DNA from: Gammaproteobacteria bacterium
GTDB lineage: Bacteria; Pseudomonadota; Gammaproteobacteria; Ga0077536
NCBI GenBank assembly: GCA_043744805.1
Contig: JAYTTZ010000239.1
Location: 1-55,631 of the forward strand
Reading direction: 5' to 3'
Length of the DNA: 55,631 bases
Of the stretch, positions 1 to 8,022 are shown piece by piece (position 1 is the stretch's first letter; every line of letters starts with the position of its first letter). Below the pieces are notes generated by a model. The model did not search any database. It was not told the DNA's origin and was given only the letters and a program-made list of their open reading frames with translations. The position numbers and the translations under genes are program-made.

Positions 1-102
1 TTTTTGCCCCATAGCCGGGCTATGGGCCTGCAAATCCGGCACCAACTGTCCTGGCTGGGGCCGATTCTCGCTATCGACGCCCCAAGTCCGATAGGCTGCC
101 AG
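1..102. mobile_element. Partial MITE-like non-autonomous repeat, left copy, truncated by the window edge
   Basis: Bases 9-99 are the reverse complement of 55541-55631 at 90/91 identity. Internal palindrome cccatagcc-g-ggctatggg at 8-26. Outer end ...aagtccgataggctg is followed by CCAG (99-102), just past the stop of the FecR-like gene. Confidence 0.65.
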
Positions 103-107
103 GCACG

Positions 108-830
108 TCAGTAAGTGCGTCGACGGGGACGACGGTACGCACCACCCGCGCCCCGGAACGCCGGCTCGCGGCCAACCAGGCTTTCAACCAGCTTCAATTC
201 CTCGTCCGTGTGCTGCATGAAGCTTGCCTTGCGGATGCGCTGGCCGGCCGGCGCCTCGCGCAGGATGTAACGGGAGTCGTGGTAGCCCGCGTCGACGGTG
301 GCCCGGCTTCGGGCATCCCCAATCGCAGCGAGTTCGGTCACGCCGTAGCAGGTGCAGACGTAATCCCGGTCGGGCTCGACTTCGCAGTACACGCCAGTAC
401 CGCGGATGCCGATGGTGCTGGTGTAGGTCCCGATGCGGTGGGGCCGATGCGCAAACACGGACAGGAGCCCGCCGGTGAGCAGGCGCAGCCCCTGCACCAG
501 CAAGGGATCACCTGGCGGCGGACTCAGCTGCAAGCGCGAACTCGGGCGCAGGATGAAGGCGTCGCTTTCCACCCGGAAAATAATTTCGCTGGCGGCTCCG
601 GTCTCAACCAGATCGCCCCCGGTGATCGTCGACGCGGGCTGCGCCAGGACGCCGTTGATCCGGACGTCGCCTTTCAGGTGGTAAATCGAGCGGCCACCCA
701 GCAGTTCCGCTGCCAGGGCTGCCGCCGCAGGGTTGGCCCCCAGCACGCAGCCGCCAAGCACGGCCAGAAGCAGGCGGCGCCTGCCCGGATCAATCCCTTC
801 GTCGTGGCTGCGCATCGGGTTCCTCGCCAA
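108..830 (-). CDS. Tat-signal FecR-like domain protein (true start may be 815)
   Basis: GRRRLLL twin-arginine-like leader plus hydrophobic stretch; GDLVETG...F...LRLLTGGLLSVF...TIGIRGTG pattern typical of FecR beta-domains. Confidence 0.65.
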   Translation of the reverse strand: MARNPMRSHDEGIDPGRRRLLLAVLGGCVLGANPAAAALAAELLGGRSIYHLKGDVRINGVLAQPASTITGGDLVETGAASEIIFRVESDAFILRPSSRLQLSPPPGDPLLVQGLRLLTGGLLSVFAHRPHRIGTYTSTIGIRGTGVYCEVEPDRDYVCTCYGVTELAAIGDARSRATVDAGYHDSRYILREAPAGQRIRKASFMQHTDEELKLVESLVGREPAFRGAGGAYRRPRRRTY

Positions 831-897
831 GGTTCAGCAAAAATTTGTGTTGGCCACGGCATAATCCACCCAATCCCGCCGGACGAGGAATCCCTGC

Positions 898-1782
898 TTG
901 CCGCATCCCGCTCCCAGGCACCGCCTGCACCCTCGCCCGTGGCCCCTGCTGGTGCTCGCCTGCCTTGGCGTACCGGCGGCCGCTGCGCCAGCCTGGGACG
1001 TAGACCTCGCCCTGCACTACGAAGACAACCTCACGCGCGGGCAACTCGACACCGACCGGCTGGGTGACACCGCCGTCGAAGTTGGCGGGCACGGATCAAT
1101 GACCTTGCTCACCACCGAACGCAGCAGCCTCATCGGCGAAGCCGGCGTCAGCACCCAGTGGTGGCTGGATTACACCGCCGTGGCGCGTCTTGCGGGTGAC
1201 GGCGCGCTGCGCTATCGCACGCGCCTCGGGGCCGATAGCGCCGCACCGTGGCTGGAACTGGGACTTGCCGGGAGCGTGCTCCGGTTCCGGGACAGCGCGC
1301 TACGTGACGGCGCGCAAGGGCGTCTCGGGATCACCCTGGGTCAGCCCCTGAGTGAGCGGCTAAGCGGTCGCGTGGGCTACGTCTGGCAGGTCCGGGTGGC
1401 CGACGAGGACACCGTCTTCGATGCCACGACGCAGGACGTTTTCGCACAGCTGGATTTCGCGGTGAACGATCGCTGCCTGATCTATGGCGGGATCACCGTG
1501 CGGCAGGGAGATCTGGTGACGGTGGCCCTGGTGCCCAACGCGCGCGCGCTGCGGGCTGCGTCCGCCGTATCGAAGGATCTGGACACCGCCTTTGGCAGCG
1601 CGCCGCGCCGCGCCTACCGCATCGACGGGGACGTGGTGGAAGGCGAAGTGGGCATCAACCTGATGCTGCAAGCGGGACTGGCGCTCGACCTTGCCGCCGC
1701 CGGCTTCACGGCCGAGGCCGACGGCAGTAACCACTACCACGGGACAGGTCTGACCTTGAGCCTCCTGTGGCAGTTCAACTGA
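898..1782 (+). CDS. Putative outer-membrane beta-barrel protein
   Basis: Signal peptide ending AAAAPA; alternating amphipathic strands; C-terminal LTLSLLWQFN resembles an OMP terminal strand. Confidence 0.6.
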   Translation: MPHPAPRHRLHPRPWPLLVLACLGVPAAAAPAWDVDLALHYEDNLTRGQLDTDRLGDTAVEVGGHGSMTLLTTERSSLIGEAGVSTQWWLDYTAVARLAGDGALRYRTRLGADSAAPWLELGLAGSVLRFRDSALRDGAQGRLGITLGQPLSERLSGRVGYVWQVRVADEDTVFDATTQDVFAQLDFAVNDRCLIYGGITVRQGDLVTVALVPNARALRAASAVSKDLDTAFGSAPRRAYRIDGDVVEGEVGINLMLQAGLALDLAAAGFTAEADGSNHYHGTGLTLSLLWQFN

Positions 1783-1817
1783 GGTCCGCGGCGCCTGCGA
1801 CGGACCTCGACGACGCG

Positions 1818-4800
1818 CTACTGCGCCAGCAGGCGATCCAGCCACTGGTTGGAGAGCTTCTCCTGCACCGTGTTCTGGCGCAGGCGCGCACGGAGGTGAT
1901 CGAAGTCCACCAGATCCAGCGGCTGGTCCTGGTTGAAGCAGGAATAGACGAAGCTTTCCTCGCCCGTCCCGGGATCGACGTGGCGGCACAGGCACTGGGC
2001 ACAGACGCCCTTCATCATGCATTGCATCGGTGAGTTGATGGATCCGATGGCCTGGTGCCCGGCCTTGAGGTAAGGCGCAAGGACACCGCTCCGCGCTTTC
2101 TTCACCGCGTTCATCATGCCGTCCGAACCAATCACGATGATTTCGTCCGCCTCCGACAGCGCGATGGTGACTTCGCCCAGCTTGCCAGTGGAGTAGGCCA
2201 CGATGGTGTCAAGGATGTTGCCGACGAAGGTCTTGTCCTGCGGGCGTCCGGGCTTGATGGCCTCTACGCCTTCGCCCGGATCAACTGCCCACACCACCAC
2301 GTCGGCGGCGGCTTCGATGTCGCTCACCTTGAACACGTCCACCGGCCGCTTGTAGCCCGCGAAGTAGACGACGCGGTTGCCGGCGGCACGCAGCGCCTTG
2401 CCGATGGAGAACAGCACGGCGTTGCCGAGCCCGCCGCCGACCATCGCCACCGTGGTGTTCTTCGGGATATGCGTCGGCGCCCCGGTCACGCCCATCACCA
2501 CCAGTTGCTCGCCGGGCTTGAAGTGCATGAGGAGACGCGAGGAGGTCCCCATTTCCAGCGCGATGAGCGAGATGAGTCCTTCGTCCTCGTTGACCCAGGC
2601 GCCGGTCAGGGCGAGGCCTTCGGTGGCGAGCTTGGTGTCACCGATGGTTGCTGCGCGGGATTCGAAGTTCTGCACGCGGTAGAACTGGCCGGGCTCGAAG
2701 CGGCGCGCCGCGAACGGGGCGCGGGCCACCACTTCGACGATGGTCGGGGTGAGGCGATTGACCTCCACCACCCGCGCAACGAGCGCCTCGTCGAGATCGC
2801 CGAAGAAACGCAGCATCCCGGCGTCGCGGGCCGGCTGCTCGGCGGGCGACAGGCGGTCACGCTCTTCCGCGAAGAGGTTCGCGATGTAGGGATAGCCGTC
2901 CTTCGCGCTCGCCATCGCCTTCACCACGTTGCCGGCATACACGGGATGGTTGTCGCCGTAGAAGCTGACGTAACGGCCATTCTTCCGATACGAAGTGAAC
3001 GGTGCCGGTTCCGCGAGCTTCGGACCGCCCTGCCCCGTGCCCGCGCGCAGATCCGGCGCGCTGTGGGTGGCGCCTTCAGGCTCGAAGTGTGAGAAGAACT
3101 TGCCGGTGAGATCGAAGGTGCCCGGGTTCTCCGACTGGTAGATGGTGTTGGGCGACGTGCCTGCAGCCACGAAGAGGCCGCAGAGTTTCACTTCCACCTT
3201 CGACTTGCTGCCGTCGGCCCCGAGCTTCTCGAAAATCACCGCCCGCAGGGCGCCGAACTCGTCCGTCAAGGTTTCCAGCGGGTTCATATTGGGCGCGAGC
3301 TGGATGCCTTCAGTCAGGGCCTCGTTGATTTCTTCGTGGTTCTGGCGATAGGCCGGCGAGTCGGCGATGGTCTTGCGGTAGAACATCGTCACGCCGCCCC
3401 AGCCGTTGACCAGCGGTGCGAAGTCAGGCGCTTCACCGGCCGCAGCGGCACGCGTCCGCTCGGCGCGCACCGCACGACCGTGTGCCAGGAACTCATCGAG
3501 GATGCCGAGTTCCTCCTTGTCGAAGCGGGCACGCACCTTGGCTTCGCCCTGGTCCGTCACCAGGATTTCATAGCGCTTGAGGGTCTTCTCGACCTGGCGC
3601 GGGTAGTAGGCCATCAGTTCCGTGGTGGTATCGATAGCCGTGAGACCGCCACCCACAACGCCGCAGGGCAGGCGCACCTGCAGGTTGGTCATGGAGTCGT
3701 CCTTGGCCGCACCGGTGAGCTGCAGGCCCATCAGGAAGTCGGACGCCTTGCGCACGCCGCGCACGAGGTTGCCCTTGAGGCCGATGATCGAGGGCTTGCC
3801 GGCACCGGTGGCAAGCGCCACATGGTCGAAGCCGAGATCCCAGGCATCTTCCAGGGTCAGCGTGCCGCCAAAGCGCACGCCGCCGAACACGCGGAAGGAC
3901 TGGCGGCGCAACAGGGTGAGGTAGATGACTTTCAGGAAGTTCTTGTCCCAGCGCACCGTGATGCCGTATTCGGCCACGCCGCCAAAGCCGCTGACCACGC
4001 GGCGATCGAGTTCTTCGTAGAGCGTCTTGAACGCGGCCACCGGCGTAGGCGCCGTCGTGGCGGTGCCCGTCAGCGCTTCCGGCAGGGGTTCGAGCTTGAG
4101 TGCATCGATGCCCACCACCGCGAAGCCTTCGTTCAGCAGGTAGTGCGAGAGCGTGTAGCCGGCCGGGCCCATGCCCACCACCAGCACCTTGCGGCCGTTG
4201 AACGGCAGCAGGTACGGACGGCGCACGTTAAGCGGGTTCCAGCGCGTGAGGAAGCCGTAAATCTCGAAACCGTAAGGCAGGTCGAGCACGTCGGTCAGGA
4301 CGTTGGTTTCAATCTGCGGGATGTTGACCGGCTCGGTCTTCTGGTAAATGCAGCCCTTCATGCAGTCGTTGCAGATGCGGTGGCCGGTGCCGGGGCACAT
4401 CGGGTTGTCCACCACCACCAACGCCAGCGCGCCAATGTTGTCGCCCTGCCGCTTCAGCACGTGCATTTCGGAAATCTTTTCGCCCAGCGGGCAGCCGGCG
4501 GCGGTGACCCCCAGTGCATTAACCTTGAAGGAGTTGTCTTTCTTGTTGCGCATGCCCTTGGCGCAGGAGTCGGCGTCGCGGTCGTGGCAATAGATGCAGT
4601 GGTCCACTTCGTACAGCACCGTGCGTTGGCCGAAGCGCGGGTCGGTCAGCTTGAAGCCGTCACGGCGACGGCGGTGATTCTCGGGCCCCATCAGGGTGGT
4701 GAAGCCCTCGCGCTGGTTTTCAATGAAGTGCACGAGGTGCTGCACGTCGGTCTTGGCGGGTTCCTTGAACACCACCCAGTTAGCGGCCGCCGGGTAGCTC

Positions 4801-5435
4801 GCGGCGCCAGTCGACACCAGGAAACTCCATTCGGCGATGGCGAGTTCGCCAGCTGCAACGCGAGTCGCGAGGTCGGCGCCCGTGGGCAGGGCCTCGACGA
4901 ACGCCGGGGCGGCTTCACGCAGGCCGGAGGCCATCAGGCCGGCGCTGGCCAAGGCGTATTCCTTGTCGCCGGCACGGCCGACCGTGCCATCACAGGCCAC
5001 GACCAGCTTACGCACCACCTGCGTGAGTTCGCCGAAGCGGGCGGCGTCCACCGGCGCGCCCTTGAAGCGCTTCGCCAGGGTCGCCACGAATGCGTTACGG
5101 AACTTGAGCACCGTGTCGTCTTCATCGCGGATGGCCGCACGCTGTGCTTCCCACGGTTGTTCGATATTGAACAGTTTCGCCACGAAACGTCCCACGTACG
5201 GCGCGGTGTCGGTCAGCACTTCGGAGAGGGCTTCCGGAGTCATGCCTTCGCCCTGGTTGGCGCAGTAATCGGCATAGCGCGCGCCCAGGGCCGGGTCGCT
5301 GCTGGCAAGACCGGACGTGAACTCAGCGTAAAGCGTGGCGAGGGCGGCGGGATCGTAGAGGTCGGCGTAGGCGTAACCAGCAATACCGAGCGTCAAGGTG
5401 GACGCGGCATTTGAATCGACGTGAATGGCAGTCAT
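1818..5435 (-). CDS. Fused FAD/Fe-S oxidoreductase: GltD/NfnB-like (Fer4_20 + pyridine nucleotide-disulfide) plus C-terminal NfnA/PyrK-like FNR-2Fe2S module
   Basis: CIYCH..C..GCP and HRICNDCMKGC cluster motifs; VVGMGPAG and VVGGGLTAID dinucleotide motifs; PGQF, VGGGLG and SINSPMQCMMKGVCAQC...SC in the C-terminal part. Confidence 0.8.
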   Translation of the reverse strand: MTAIHVDSNAASTLTLGIAGYAYADLYDPAALATLYAEFTSGLASSDPALGARYADYCANQGEGMTPEALSEVLTDTAPYVGRFVAKLFNIEQPWEAQRAAIRDEDDTVLKFRNAFVATLAKRFKGAPVDAARFGELTQVVRKLVVACDGTVGRAGDKEYALASAGLMASGLREAAPAFVEALPTGADLATRVAAGELAIAEWSFLVSTGAASYPAAANWVVFKEPAKTDVQHLVHFIENQREGFTTLMGPENHRRRRDGFKLTDPRFGQRTVLYEVDHCIYCHDRDADSCAKGMRNKKDNSFKVNALGVTAAGCPLGEKISEMHVLKRQGDNIGALALVVVDNPMCPGTGHRICNDCMKGCIYQKTEPVNIPQIETNVLTDVLDLPYGFEIYGFLTRWNPLNVRRPYLLPFNGRKVLVVGMGPAGYTLSHYLLNEGFAVVGIDALKLEPLPEALTGTATTAPTPVAAFKTLYEELDRRVVSGFGGVAEYGITVRWDKNFLKVIYLTLLRRQSFRVFGGVRFGGTLTLEDAWDLGFDHVALATGAGKPSIIGLKGNLVRGVRKASDFLMGLQLTGAAKDDSMTNLQVRLPCGVVGGGLTAIDTTTELMAYYPRQVEKTLKRYEILVTDQGEAKVRARFDKEELGILDEFLAHGRAVRAERTRAAAAGEAPDFAPLVNGWGGVTMFYRKTIADSPAYRQNHEEINEALTEGIQLAPNMNPLETLTDEFGALRAVIFEKLGADGSKSKVEVKLCGLFVAAGTSPNTIYQSENPGTFDLTGKFFSHFEPEGATHSAPDLRAGTGQGGPKLAEPAPFTSYRKNGRYVSFYGDNHPVYAGNVVKAMASAKDGYPYIANLFAEERDRLSPAEQPARDAGMLRFFGDLDEALVARVVEVNRLTPTIVEVVARAPFAARRFEPGQFYRVQNFESRAATIGDTKLATEGLALTGAWVNEDEGLISLIALEMGTSSRLLMHFKPGEQLVVMGVTGAPTHIPKNTTVAMVGGGLGNAVLFSIGKALRAAGNRVVYFAGYKRPVDVFKVSDIEAAADVVVWAVDPGEGVEAIKPGRPQDKTFVGNILDTIVAYSTGKLGEVTIALSEADEIIVIGSDGMMNAVKKARSGVLAPYLKAGHQAIGSINSPMQCMMKGVCAQCLCRHVDPGTGEESFVYSCFNQDQPLDLVDFDHLRARLRQNTVQEKLSNQWLDRLLAQ

Positions 5436-5467
5436 GAAGCTCCGGGCGCATCAGCGCAGCAAGTGGA

Positions 5468-5485
5468 CCATACGGTAACGTATGG
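5468..5485. promoter_or_regulatory. Inverted repeat ccatacg-gtaa-cgtatgg, possible operator upstream of the oxidoreductase
   Basis: Perfect 7-bp inverted repeat about 30 bp upstream of the 5435 start. Confidence 0.3.
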
Positions 5486-5641
5486 AATTGTAAAGACAGT
5501 TCCAGGGGCTCGCAATCCGCCGGCGGCGAGCCTTCCCCGATCCGGAGGAAGGCCATGGAAATCCATTATTTACGCTTTGCCACCAGCAACCTCGCCCGGC
5601 AGATTCAACCGGCCGCGCAACGCTGACAAAGAGCGCGCTGC

Positions 5642-6293
5642 AGGGACTTCAGGATCAGCTTTCCCACTGACATCAGCGCCTGGCAGGACGCCAAGATGGC
5701 GGAGGATCATGGGTTCTTCCATCCCTGGTTCTATGACTCGCAGACGTGCTGCAGCGACGTCTATGCCAGCATGGCGCTCGTCGCCCACCACACCCGCAGC
5801 ATCAAGATCGGCACGCGCGTGTCCATCCTTGGCAACCGCATCGCGCCGGTTACCGCGCACTCCATCGCGACCATCAACGAACTGGTGCCTGGGCGCGTAA
5901 TCCTGGGCGTGGGCACCGGTTTTAACGGCCACACCGTGATGGGCATGCCGCCCATCACGCTGAAGACCATGCGCGAGCACATCGAGATTATCCGCGACCG
6001 CCCCGCTGGCAAAGCAGCGGTATCCCGCAAAGGTAGCCGCGAACGGCACGTCTGGGCGACGCTTCCAGGCAATGCAGCTTGCCCACCTGGTGTTCAGGCG
6101 CGAAGGCGCACGCGCCTACCTGCCGCCAGAACTCATCAAGGCCGGCACCCTCGCCGGCTCCGGACCTGAAATCATCGATCGCATCCGCGCACTCGAGGAA
6201 GCCGGCGTGACCAATATCGCGCTCAACGTCTGCGGCACGGATGCCCGCGAGATGATCCGGAAGTTCGGTCGGGAAGTGGTTTCGAAATACTGG
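5642..6293 (+). pseudogene. Degraded LLM-class flavin-dependent oxidoreductase (start lost, internal deletion, frameshift)
   Basis: In-frame upstream (R)DFRISFPTDISAWQDAKMAEDHGF..WFYDSQ..IKIGT..IAPVTAHSIATINELVPGRVILGVGTG is an LLM N-terminus. A different frame from 6072 gives the LLM C-terminus (EIIDRIRALEEAGVTNIAL..FGREVVSKY). The total is far shorter than an intact LLM. Confidence 0.75.
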
Positions 6294-6314
6294 TCGAAGG
6301 ACGGCCGTCCCTCG

Positions 6315-6350
6315 CGCCCCCCCTCGCCGCCAGGCAGCGAGGGGGGGGCG
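6315..6350. terminator. GC-rich stem-loop between convergent genes
   Basis: cgccccccctcgc pairs with gcgaggggggggcg (one bulged G). There is no clear U-tract, so terminator function is uncertain. Confidence 0.35.
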
Positions 6351-6374
6351 TGCCTTGGTCGAGGCGGGAACGCC

Positions 6375-7301
6375 TCAGAAGGCGACGTTGTCCCGGCCCT
6401 TCAATTTCAGCATTTCCCGCGCTTCCGCGGGGGTGGCCACTTCCAGCGACAGCGCTTCGATGACCGTGCGAATCCGCCGGACCTGCGCGGCATTGGTCTC
6501 GGCCAGGTGGCCTGGACCGTCCCACAACGAGTCTTCCAGGCCCACCCGCACCATCCCGCCCATCGCCGCCGACATGGTGGCAACCGGGATCTGGTTGCGA
6601 CCCGCCCCCAGCACCGACCAGAGGTAGTCGTTGCCAAACAGGCGGTCCGCCGTGCGCCGCATGTGGACCACGTCCTCGAAGTGCGCCCCAATAGCGCCGC
6701 GCAGCCCGAAGACTGACTGGATCAGGAGCGGCGGCTTGATGAGCTGCCGATCGAGGAAATGCGCGGCCGTGTACAGGTGCCCGATGTCATAGCACTCCAC
6801 CTCGAAGCGGGTGTTGTTGTCGCTGCACGACTCGAGGATGTGGGCGATGTCGCGGAAGGTGTTCTTGAAGACCCGATCCTCGCTGCCGGCCAGGTAGGGC
6901 CGTTCCCAGTCATGCTTGAATTCCTTGTAGCGCCCCATCATTTCGTAGAGCCCGAAATTCATCGAGCCCATGTTGAGGGAGGCCACTTCGGGCTTCAGCC
7001 TGAGCGCGGGCTGCAGCCGTTCTTCCACCAGCATGGTCGGGGCGCCGCCCGTGGTGAGGTTGATCACCACGTCCGACGCTGCCTTGATCTGCGGGCAGAA
7101 GTCCATGAAGAGCGCCGGATCCTGCGAAGGACTGCCATCCCCTGGCGTGCGGGCGTGGAGGTGCACGATCGCCGCGCCCGCCTCCGCCGCACCCAGTGCC
7201 GCTGCGGTGATTTCCGCTGCCGTGATCGGCAGGTAGGGCGACATCGTCGGGGTGTGGATCGCCCCGGTTACCGCACAGGTGATGATGACTTTCCTCGGCA
7301 T
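6375..7301 (-). CDS. BKACE family (DUF849) 3-keto-5-aminohexanoate cleavage-like protein
   Basis: MPRKVIITCAVTGAIHTPTMSPYLP; GAAIVHLHAR; NLTTGG; PEVASLNMGSMNF; FEVECYD; VRVGLEDS. Confidence 0.9.
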   Translation of the reverse strand: MPRKVIITCAVTGAIHTPTMSPYLPITAAEITAAALGAAEAGAAIVHLHARTPGDGSPSQDPALFMDFCPQIKAASDVVINLTTGGAPTMLVEERLQPALRLKPEVASLNMGSMNFGLYEMMGRYKEFKHDWERPYLAGSEDRVFKNTFRDIAHILESCSDNNTRFEVECYDIGHLYTAAHFLDRQLIKPPLLIQSVFGLRGAIGAHFEDVVHMRRTADRLFGNDYLWSVLGAGRNQIPVATMSAAMGGMVRVGLEDSLWDGPGHLAETNAAQVRRIRTVIEALSLEVATPAEAREMLKLKGRDNVAF

Positions 7302-7305
7302 TGGA

Positions 7306-7953
7306 TCAACCCTTCTGCGCCTGCATCGCCGCCAGCGCGGCACCTTGCGCGGCGTCGACCTGCTGGGCGAATGGACGCGCCTTGATCCGACCCAGGATCT
7401 CTCCCATGCCCGGGACTTCCTGCGTGATGTCCCAGCCGTCGTAGACAGCCTTGAGCGCCATCGTGGCATAGCCCAGCACGTGGTAGGCGTAGATATCCAC
7501 CAGCGAGAATTCCGCACCACCAAACCACTGTCCCTTGCCGGTCAGCTGGGCCAGCGCCTTCAGGCCGTTTTCAACCACCGGACGCACTTCGTCCACCGCG
7601 GCCTGCGACTTCGGCGCGCCGAAGAAGACATGGCCAAAATGGCGGCGCGCCGACAGTTCGATGTAGAGCTCGAAGATGCGCATCAGTTCGCGGGACTTGG
7701 CGCGCGCGAAGGCATCCTTGGGCAGGTGGCCGGGATGGATTTCCTCGAGGTAGTCGAGGATGGCGCTGGTTTCCGACAGGAAACCTTCCTGCACTTCGAT
7801 GCAAGGCACCTTGCCCATCGGGCTCCTGGCCTTGTACTCGCCTTCCTGGCTCGGTGTCGCGGCGGCTTCCTCGAAGGCAATGCCCTTTTCGAGCATCGCC
7901 AGCTTGACCATGTTGTAGTAGTTGCTGACCGGGATACCGTAAAGCTTGACCAT
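7306..7953 (-). CDS. Glutathione S-transferase
   Basis: MVKLYGIPVSNYYNMVKLAMLEKG; SPMGKVPC; LSETSAILDYLEE; aggag RBS upstream of the 7953 start. Confidence 0.9.
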   Translation of the reverse strand: MVKLYGIPVSNYYNMVKLAMLEKGIAFEEAAATPSQEGEYKARSPMGKVPCIEVQEGFLSETSAILDYLEEIHPGHLPKDAFARAKSRELMRIFELYIELSARRHFGHVFFGAPKSQAAVDEVRPVVENGLKALAQLTGKGQWFGGAEFSLVDIYAYHVLGYATMALKAVYDGWDITQEVPGMGEILGRIKARPFAQQVDAAQGAALAAMQAQKG

Positions 7954-8022
7954 CTGGAACTCTCCTCTGGGGAAACGCCGTTGTTGGGCACTCGCCGGCC
8001 TGCAGCTTGCCGGCATCAAACG

